Of a stretch of DNA of 64,000 nucleotides, positions 58,023-64,000 are shown piece after piece. Numbering within the stretch: position 1 is the stretch's first letter; each line of letters starts with the position of its first letter. Below the pieces are notes generated by a model, which did not search any database, was not told where the DNA came from, and saw nothing but the letters and a program-made list of their open reading frames with translations. The DNA is from an uncultured Gammaproteobacteria bacterium (GTDB taxonomy: Bacteria; Patescibacteriota; Microgenomatia; Levybacterales; UBA12049): the NCBI GenBank assembly GCA_964571255.1, contig CAZNAA010000001.1:487674-551673 (forward strand), given 5' to 3'. The position numbers and the translations under genes were made by a program.

Positions 58023-59498
58023 ATGGGAACTCCATCAGAAAAATCAGGTGAAAGAGTAGATCCTCATGCATATCTTGAAGAGGCAGTAAGAGCATTTGAA
58101 GGACCAAACGCAGATCCTATTCTTGCTGAACGTGTACTTCGAGAAGGAATCCACATAAAAGGCGCTACTCCTCAGACTGCAACAGAGCTACGTATTGAAC
58201 TTGCTCGAGTTCTGGAGAGAAATTCTCGTGGAGTAAACAATAAAGACGAAAAAGCTCGATTGTTGGAAGAAGTTCGAGACTTGACTCGAGAAGGAATTGC
58301 AATCGCTAGAGAAAGTGGGGATGAAACACTTCTTCCTATTCCGTTTGATTTTTTAGGTAATGTCGAGAGAGAAGCAGGGAATTATCAAGAAGCATTAGAA
58401 GCCTATACTCAAGCTCAGAGTTTTCCACCCCCTGAAAATCACTCCCCTGTTTTCACTCTTTACGTTCGCGGAAAAGCAGAAACAGTCAGAGCATACCTCC
58501 CCAATACAGAAAATGACAACCCTCTCCAAACCGCTGAAAGCATTGCCGAACAGATAAGAGTAGCCACAGATACTCCATCTCCTGATGACGCAACTCGTGA
58601 GATATGGGCAACAGGAGTTGAGTTACGAGTTATTGAAGCTATTGCTCAAACCAGTCAAGTAGATCAACTAGATCACGCACTGGCTCTTTTGCAAACTGTT
58701 AAAGGAAAGTGTGAACAAATGGCTCTCATACATCGATTAAAAGATGTGCAAGCAGCTGAGCGAAAACTGTTTGATTTAGAATTTCATAAAGCACAAAACT
58801 TGCGAAATGCTGGAAGAACTACTGAGGCGATGGAATCATACAGAATTCTTCGCGAGAAAACTCTATCAATTTATCCTCTTCTAGCAGCTGATGTTTTACA
58901 TATGATGGGAATTACTGAATATACCGAGGAAGGGCGAGATTTAGATCATATTGACTCTCTTTATTCCCAATCCCAAGAAGAAGTTACTGCACTTGATGAC
59001 AAACTAAGAATTGGAGCCATCCTGCGAGACAGAGCTAGTGTTCGTGGGGTTAAGGCAAAAACTCTTAGAGATACTGGAAATATTCAAGAAGCAGAAAAAG
59101 TACTAGCTGAAGCACTAGATCTAGCTCAAGAAAGTATCGATGTACTAACAGAGATAGATAACTCAGAGCATTTGGGTATGTCTCTGGTTATTTTGGCTCG
59201 TCTCCAAGCAGCAGCAGGAGATCTTCCTACTGCGCTTACAACTGCCCATAGAGGAGTAGAAATAGCAGACTTAGCTAATCCTCCAACCTACTTCACCGCT
59301 CATGCTCGATTAGATTTGGCCCGTATTTTGGAACAAGATGGGAAAAAAGGAGAGGCACTTCTTATCATCACCGAAGCGGAAGGGCTACTCTCAGGTATAG
59401 AAGCTAGAGACAAGACAGAATATGGAGAAGATCGAAGAAAATTAAGAGAACTCCGAGAACAAATAACAGGAGGGCTTACGTCTTCTACAGAATCTTAA
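58023..59498 (+). CDS. TPR-like all-alpha cytoplasmic protein, atypical composition
   Basis: 491 aa rich in Ala/Glu/Leu/Arg, with repeated G-x-x-x-EA-L/A-x-x-Y TPR-like helices. GC is visibly higher than flanking genes. TGATATAAT plus 6 nt before the ATG. Confidence 0.55.
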   Translation: MGTPSEKSGERVDPHAYLEEAVRAFEGPNADPILAERVLREGIHIKGATPQTATELRIELARVLERNSRGVNNKDEKARLLEEVRDLTREGIAIARESGDETLLPIPFDFLGNVEREAGNYQEALEAYTQAQSFPPPENHSPVFTLYVRGKAETVRAYLPNTENDNPLQTAESIAEQIRVATDTPSPDDATREIWATGVELRVIEAIAQTSQVDQLDHALALLQTVKGKCEQMALIHRLKDVQAAERKLFDLEFHKAQNLRNAGRTTEAMESYRILREKTLSIYPLLAADVLHMMGITEYTEEGRDLDHIDSLYSQSQEEVTALDDKLRIGAILRDRASVRGVKAKTLRDTGNIQEAEKVLAEALDLAQESIDVLTEIDNSEHLGMSLVILARLQAAAGDLPTALTTAHRGVEIADLANPPTYFTAHARLDLARILEQDGKKGEALLIITEAEGLLSGIEARDKTEYGEDRRKLRELREQITGGLTSSTES

Positions 59499-60780
59499 TA
59501 ATCTTTTCAAATTTTTCTTTGTCAGCTTCAGTTATTCCTGGTCCTTGAACAATAAGTTGCAATTTATCTAGCTTCCAATATTTTTTCATAACAGAGTGAA
59601 CATCTTCTCGTTTTATTTTCTCAAGTAGTTTAATGTATTCCTCAGGCATATTTATCTTATCCTCCCAAAGGAACTCATCTTTGATCCATTCAGAAAGAGA
59701 AGCCCAGTTGTCATATACCATAAGCCAGCTGTTTTTTAAATAATTAACCGTTTTATCTATTTCTTCCTGAGAAGGTCCATCTGATAAATAGACATGCAGC
59801 TCTTGAGTAATAAGTCTAATAACTTCCTCCACATGTTCTGTAGTCACTTCACTAGAGACTCCTCCTACTCCTAGTTTTGGCCACATCGTCGATCCTGCAG
59901 AGACTCCATAGACTAACCCTTTTTGATACCTAAGAAGTCGAAAGAGTCTACTCGTATGCATTCTTCCTAAAATCATTATCGCAACACGTTGAGCGATTCG
60001 ATCAAGCAGTGGATCATCTCCTGCAGCTACTTGGTAGGTGAAATCTACATAGTTCACTTGCAGTGTGTCATCCTTTCTTATTGCAACTCCTCTTCCCAAT
60101 AAGTCTTTGTCTGAAATATCAGGATACCCCGCAAATTCCCTTTTATCCTCTACTTTTCCAAAGTATGTATTTAACAGTTCTTTTACTTTTTTCTCACTCA
60201 TATCTCCTCTAACGTAGAGATACGTATTTTTAGGAATAAAGTATGAGCTCCAAAAATTAACTAGATCATCTCTGGTAAAGGTAGATACCGTCTCAACACT
60301 TCCTGCAGTTACGTACTGCAGTTTACTTTTAGGAATGTAGCGAGTTTTTCTGGAAAACTGAGCTAGCTTGAAATAGGGAGAGTCCATATCTTGCTTGATT
60401 TCGTTAAGAACTGCTCGTCTTTCCTTTTCCATCGAGTGTTCAGGAAAAAGAGGAGAGTAGAAAATCTCACTTATAATTCGAATCGCATCCTCTGCATGAG
60501 TAATCGGAACACTCATAGGAGAAGCAATAGTCATTCCTGAAGTAAAGGCATTATAGTTTCCAGCAATACTCTCAACAAACATAGATAAATCTTCAGCTGT
60601 AGGATATGAGGGGATTCCCTGCATTAGCATGTGTTCCATGTAATGAGCAATACCATTCTCTTTAGGATCCTCAACTAAAGAGCCACTTTTGACAAGGGCT
60701 TGGATATAAAACGACTTGAGAGTAGGAACGCGATAGAAAGCTATCTTTATTCCATTTTTTAGGGAAAATGTTTTTACCAT
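59485..60780 (-). CDS. M16-family (insulinase/pitrilysin-like) zinc peptidase
   Basis: Inverzincin motif HYMEHM (HxxEH) near the N-terminus; 431 aa. Confidence 0.8.
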   Translation of the reverse strand: MVKTFSLKNGIKIAFYRVPTLKSFYIQALVKSGSLVEDPKENGIAHYMEHMLMQGIPSYPTAEDLSMFVESIAGNYNAFTSGMTIASPMSVPITHAEDAIRIISEIFYSPLFPEHSMEKERRAVLNEIKQDMDSPYFKLAQFSRKTRYIPKSKLQYVTAGSVETVSTFTRDDLVNFWSSYFIPKNTYLYVRGDMSEKKVKELLNTYFGKVEDKREFAGYPDISDKDLLGRGVAIRKDDTLQVNYVDFTYQVAAGDDPLLDRIAQRVAIMILGRMHTSRLFRLLRYQKGLVYGVSAGSTMWPKLGVGGVSSEVTTEHVEEVIRLITQELHVYLSDGPSQEEIDKTVNYLKNSWLMVYDNWASLSEWIKDEFLWEDKINMPEEYIKLLEKIKREDVHSVMKKYWKLDKLQLIVQGPGITEADKEKFEKIIKIL

Positions 60781-61142
60781 ACCAAAGAGAATAATTTCGG
60801 CAGGAACATAAATAGGCCCAAAATAGCAGCACCAATAGCTGAGACAAGAACCATTCCAGCGGATACGTCTTTGGCTATTTTTGCTTCAATACGATGCTCC
60901 TTAGTAATAAGATCAATTACTTTTTCAATGGAGGCGTTAAGCATTTCAGCAATAATGACAAAAAGAATAGCAATTCCAAGAACCGATACTTCCACATGAT
61001 TCATTCCAAGTAATACAGCTGCTACTAAAACACCCAGCGCAAAAAGGATATGAATGAGAATATTTTGGTCATGTTTCATGACAAACCAAATACCTTCAAG
61101 AGCATAGCCAAATGATTTATGGAGGCGTTGTTTATTGATCAT
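60774..61142 (-). CDS. dgkA: Diacylglycerol/undecaprenol kinase DgkA family
   Basis: 122 aa, 3 TM, with the conserved E-x-x-N-S-A-I-E motif (EMLNASIEKVIDL). Confidence 0.8.
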   Translation of the reverse strand: MINKQRLHKSFGYALEGIWFVMKHDQNILIHILFALGVLVAAVLLGMNHVEVSVLGIAILFVIIAEMLNASIEKVIDLITKEHRIEAKIAKDVSAGMVLVSAIGAAILGLFMFLPKLFSLVW

Positions 61143-62526
61143 AAAATCTTTTCAGTCGAGAAAGAGCTTCCTCTTTGCCTAAAATCTCAATTGACTCAGG
61201 AAGGGGAAGACCTTTTTCCTCTCCTGTTAGTATATAGTACAAAACTGGCATTCGTATACCATATTTGGTAAGAGTCTCTTTAAAAACAGCGAGAATAGTT
61301 TCATTATTCCACGCACTTATTTTTTCAAACGCTTCGATTAAAAATCGTGCAACTTCTTTTTCCTTTTCCTCTCGCACTACTGGAAGAGAAAAAGTATAGA
61401 AGTGAGCTGCAAGAGAGGGAAAGTCCCCCAAGACTTGCATTCGAGTTTTTACTAGTGGAAGCAGTTTTTCAAGATTGGTTTTTTCTCTTAAGTAGGGTAA
61501 AAACTCAAGCAATCGCTGCTTCAATTCTTCATCACTAAGAGCCATAATATACTGCTGATTCATCCACTTAAGCTTTACAACATCAAAGGCCGGACCAACT
61601 GCTCTGATATCACTTAATTCAAAATACTTGATAAACTCACTTTGTGGAAAAATTTCTTTTTCATTCGGATGACTCCATCCCATAAGGATCAAAAAATTAA
61701 GCATGGCTTCAGGAAGAAATCCTTGCTCTAAATACCAATGAGCCCAAACAGGATTTTTCCGTTTTGAAAGTTTTGTTTTATCAGGATTTCTTAAGATCGG
61801 AACGTGGCAAAATACAGGTAATTCCCAACCAAACGCTTTATAGAGCAAAATATGTTTGGGAGTTGAGGAGATCCAATCCTCAGCTCGAATAATATGGGTT
61901 ATCTCCATTAAGTGATCATCAATAACAACTGCCAAATGATAGGTGGGAAACCCATCGGATTTGAGAAGTACTTGATCATCTAAATCACTACTATGAAAAG
62001 TGATTTCCCCTCTCACCACATCAGTAAAAGTGATTTCTTGGTCTTTGTGAATATCCATTCGGATAACATAGTCTGCTCCCTTTTCAATCTCATTTGTTAT
62101 TTCATCTTGTCGAGATAAACAATGTTTGTCGTATCGAGGTGTCTTTTTTGCAGCAATTTGAGCTGCCCTAAGTTCTTCTAACCGCTCTTTCGAACAGGTA
62201 CAGTAATACGCAGTCTTATTTTCAATTAATTTCCCAACATACTCTTTATAGAGTGCTAATCTATCTGACTGACGATATGGAGAGAAAGGACCATCCTTTT
62301 CCGGTGACTCATCCTCTTCAATTCCGTATTCATGAAGCGTTTTAATGATTCTTTGCTCAGAGCCTGGGACTAACCTCTCACGGTCGGTATCTTCAATACG
62401 CACAATAAATTGCCCATTATGTTTTTTGGCATAGATATAACTTAGATACGCTGTGTACAAATTACCTACATGGATATCTTCACCTGTGGGGGATGGGGCA
62501 ATTCTGGTTCTTACTACTTTTTCCAT
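61132..62526 (-). CDS. gltX: Glutamate--tRNA ligase
   Basis: HIGH motif PSPTGEDIHVGN and KMSKS motif KLSKRKN. Start placed at MEKVVRTRIAPSPTG; the track start 62592 is TTG and would overlap the divergent gene. Confidence 0.9.
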   Translation of the reverse strand: MEKVVRTRIAPSPTGEDIHVGNLYTAYLSYIYAKKHNGQFIVRIEDTDRERLVPGSEQRIIKTLHEYGIEEDESPEKDGPFSPYRQSDRLALYKEYVGKLIENKTAYYCTCSKERLEELRAAQIAAKKTPRYDKHCLSRQDEITNEIEKGADYVIRMDIHKDQEITFTDVVRGEITFHSSDLDDQVLLKSDGFPTYHLAVVIDDHLMEITHIIRAEDWISSTPKHILLYKAFGWELPVFCHVPILRNPDKTKLSKRKNPVWAHWYLEQGFLPEAMLNFLILMGWSHPNEKEIFPQSEFIKYFELSDIRAVGPAFDVVKLKWMNQQYIMALSDEELKQRLLEFLPYLREKTNLEKLLPLVKTRMQVLGDFPSLAAHFYTFSLPVVREEKEKEVARFLIEAFEKISAWNNETILAVFKETLTKYGIRMPVLYYILTGEEKGLPLPESIEILGKEEALSRLKRFYDQ

Positions 62527-62573
62527 ACTCAGTTTTCTTGCATTGTAGCGTATGTATTCCATATACTCAAGGT

Positions 62574-63635
62574 ATGTGGACACTTCACTCAACTACTGAA
62601 TGGGTAAAAACAGGACTAAAATGGATTAGTATTTTTCTTTTGGTAGTATTAGGAATATATCTCTTATATCGTGGAGGCTTACTAGTTAAAGAATACTTTT
62701 TCCCAACACCTGTTGAACCACCAAACGTACTATATGGAAAACTTCCAAAAATAGAATTTCCCAAAAACGTCGTTTCAGGAGATTTCACCTATGACTTGCA
62801 AACTATTACTGGTTTTCTGCCTAACTTTACTGACAGAGGACCAGTTCGTGAATTCCTTTTTAACACGACAAGTCTTCTTGACGTAGATCGAGCACGAGAA
62901 AAAGTAGCTAAAATAGGTCTTACACTTAAAGAGTCTGGGACTGTTGAGGAAAATTCTCTTACTCCTATTATGTATCAATGGACTCAAAAAGGAGAAACTC
63001 CTCAAACAGTTACGCTTAATACATTAAATAATACTCTGTCCTATGTCACTCCCTATCTTTCCAATCCTGAGTTAAGTAATATCCCTCTTATTCTGACTCC
63101 TGATCAAATAGTAAATATTGGAGTAGACTTTTTCTCTCGTATTGGTCTTTTCCCCCCAGATATTGACCCTAAACTTTCCCATATCACTTTCTATCGCTTC
63201 TCAAATGGAATTTTAACACCTGTCAAAAAACAAGCAGAATCTCAAATTGCCCGAGTAGACTTTGTCCAAAAGCCACTTGATGCTCTTCCTTTTTCCTATA
63301 CCTATCCACCAAAAACGAATATCAGTGTTCTAGTCACCTCAGAAGAATTCCAAGGAAGAGTCGTTCAAGCAAGTTATTTTTACCAAAAATATACTGAAGC
63401 GTTGGCAACGTATCCTATAAAGTCATCATCACTTGCGTATGAGGAGTTAAAGGATGGAAAAGCCTATATCGCCTCCTATACGGGAACAAACCAAACGATA
63501 AAGATAAAAGATATGATTCTTGGGTATTATTTGCCCTCAGAAGATTCTAAATACCTTTATCCTATCTTTGTTTTCACTGGGGAGGATAATTTTATTGCAT
63601 ACCTTCCGGCTATTACTAGTGAATGGTTTGAATAA
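62574..63635 (+). CDS. Hypothetical membrane-anchored extracytoplasmic protein
   Basis: Single N-terminal TM WISIFLLVVLGIYLLY, then a 320 aa Ser/Thr/Asn/Pro-rich domain. Start placed at the ATG preceded by TATACT plus 6 nt. Confidence 0.5.
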   Translation: MWTLHSTTEWVKTGLKWISIFLLVVLGIYLLYRGGLLVKEYFFPTPVEPPNVLYGKLPKIEFPKNVVSGDFTYDLQTITGFLPNFTDRGPVREFLFNTTSLLDVDRAREKVAKIGLTLKESGTVEENSLTPIMYQWTQKGETPQTVTLNTLNNTLSYVTPYLSNPELSNIPLILTPDQIVNIGVDFFSRIGLFPPDIDPKLSHITFYRFSNGILTPVKKQAESQIARVDFVQKPLDALPFSYTYPPKTNISVLVTSEEFQGRVVQASYFYQKYTEALATYPIKSSSLAYEELKDGKAYIASYTGTNQTIKIKDMILGYYLPSEDSKYLYPIFVFTGEDNFIAYLPAITSEWFE

Positions 63636-63681
63636 TACTTTACATACGAAAGAGAGTGTGCTAGGATTTGTCCCATAACAT

Positions 63682-64000
63682 ATGCAAAAAGGACGCTTTC
63701 TTCTATCAACTTTACTCACTCTTATTCTGCTCTCTGGATTTCTTTTTCTCACACCTAAATCTGCTATAGCAGCCTCAACTATTACGATTTACGCTGCAGG
63801 GACTCCTATGCAAGGACAATACCCAACCATGAAGTTATATATCAATAATATAGATGTTAAGACGTGGGGAAACATACAAGGGAATCCTAATAATCGAGAA
63901 TTTCTGACCTTTACTCATACCGTTGAGAATAAACCAACTGCTGAACAAATAAAAGTAGAATTTACCAATGATAATGGGAATAGCCAAGAAGATCGAAATC
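63682..64000 (+). CDS. Hypothetical secreted protein (partial, continues beyond window)
   Basis: MQKGRFLLSTLLTLILLSGFLFLTPKSAIAAS signal peptide; open to the window end. Confidence 0.5.
   Translation, partial: MQKGRFLLSTLLTLILLSGFLFLTPKSAIAASTITIYAAGTPMQGQYPTMKLYINNIDVKTWGNIQGNPNNREFLTFTHTVENKPTAEQIKVEFTNDNGNSQEDRN

Noticed and set aside
1-64000. Alternative genetic code (UGA=Gly, code 25) as in some CPR lineages
   Set aside because: Long ORFs are intact under the standard code. Gene ends coincide with TAA/TGA/TAG positions, and the stop at 41759-41761 is consistent with a frameshift rather than recoding. No evidence for code 25.
1-64000. CRISPR array / cas genes
   Set aside because: No short regularly spaced direct repeats and no Cas-like ORFs anywhere in the window.

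Overview
AT-rich (~33% GC) bacterial window with almost exclusively TAA stops and Lys/Ile/Asn-rich proteins. It is most compatible with a small-genome uncultivated lineage such as CPR/Patescibacteria; that placement is inference only.

Positions 1-38.7 kb are one co-directional minus-strand glycosylation supercluster. It opens with a nucleotide-sugar tailoring set: a WecE-like aminotransferase, a methyltransferase, an ATP-grasp enzyme, an SDR epimerase, a UDP-GlcNAc 2-epimerase and GDP-fucose synthase Fcl. It then carries 9 GT2 polyprenyl-phosphate-sugar-synthase-like genes, 2 GT4 genes, 2 Wzx-like flippases and about 12 polytopic GT-C-type membrane proteins. The GT-C set comprises ArnT/PMT-like, YfhO-like and a third paralogous family. 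No initiating phosphoglycosyltransferase, Wzy polymerase or oligosaccharyltransferase is visible.

Downstream come tRNA-Glu(CUC), an RBBP9/YdeN-type serine hydrolase, and then a small three-copy imperfect direct-repeat array. The repeats duplicate the 3' end of the hydrolase gene and bracket two orphan genes of atypical GC, so this looks like cassette or tandem site-specific insertions. After that come an L,D-transpeptidase with a start-site frameshift, HflX, Lon, an ABC-F ATPase and a YtxH-like gene. A Pif1-helicase/FAD-oxidoreductase/APH-kinase operon follows, then MscL with a zinc ribbon and a CcdA plus Met-rich thioredoxin pair. Next are an XRE(YozG-like)+membrane-protein pair with a palindromic operator, a large secreted SGNH/CBM/CHB_HEX_C esterase, tRNA-Gln(CUG), an orphan OmpR winged-helix protein, a TPR protein, an M16 peptidase, DgkA, GluRS and two envelope proteins.

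Many genes show a leaderless TGnTATAAT-N6-ATG promoter/start architecture. The ORF-track starts at TTG/GTG appear to be artefacts of that.
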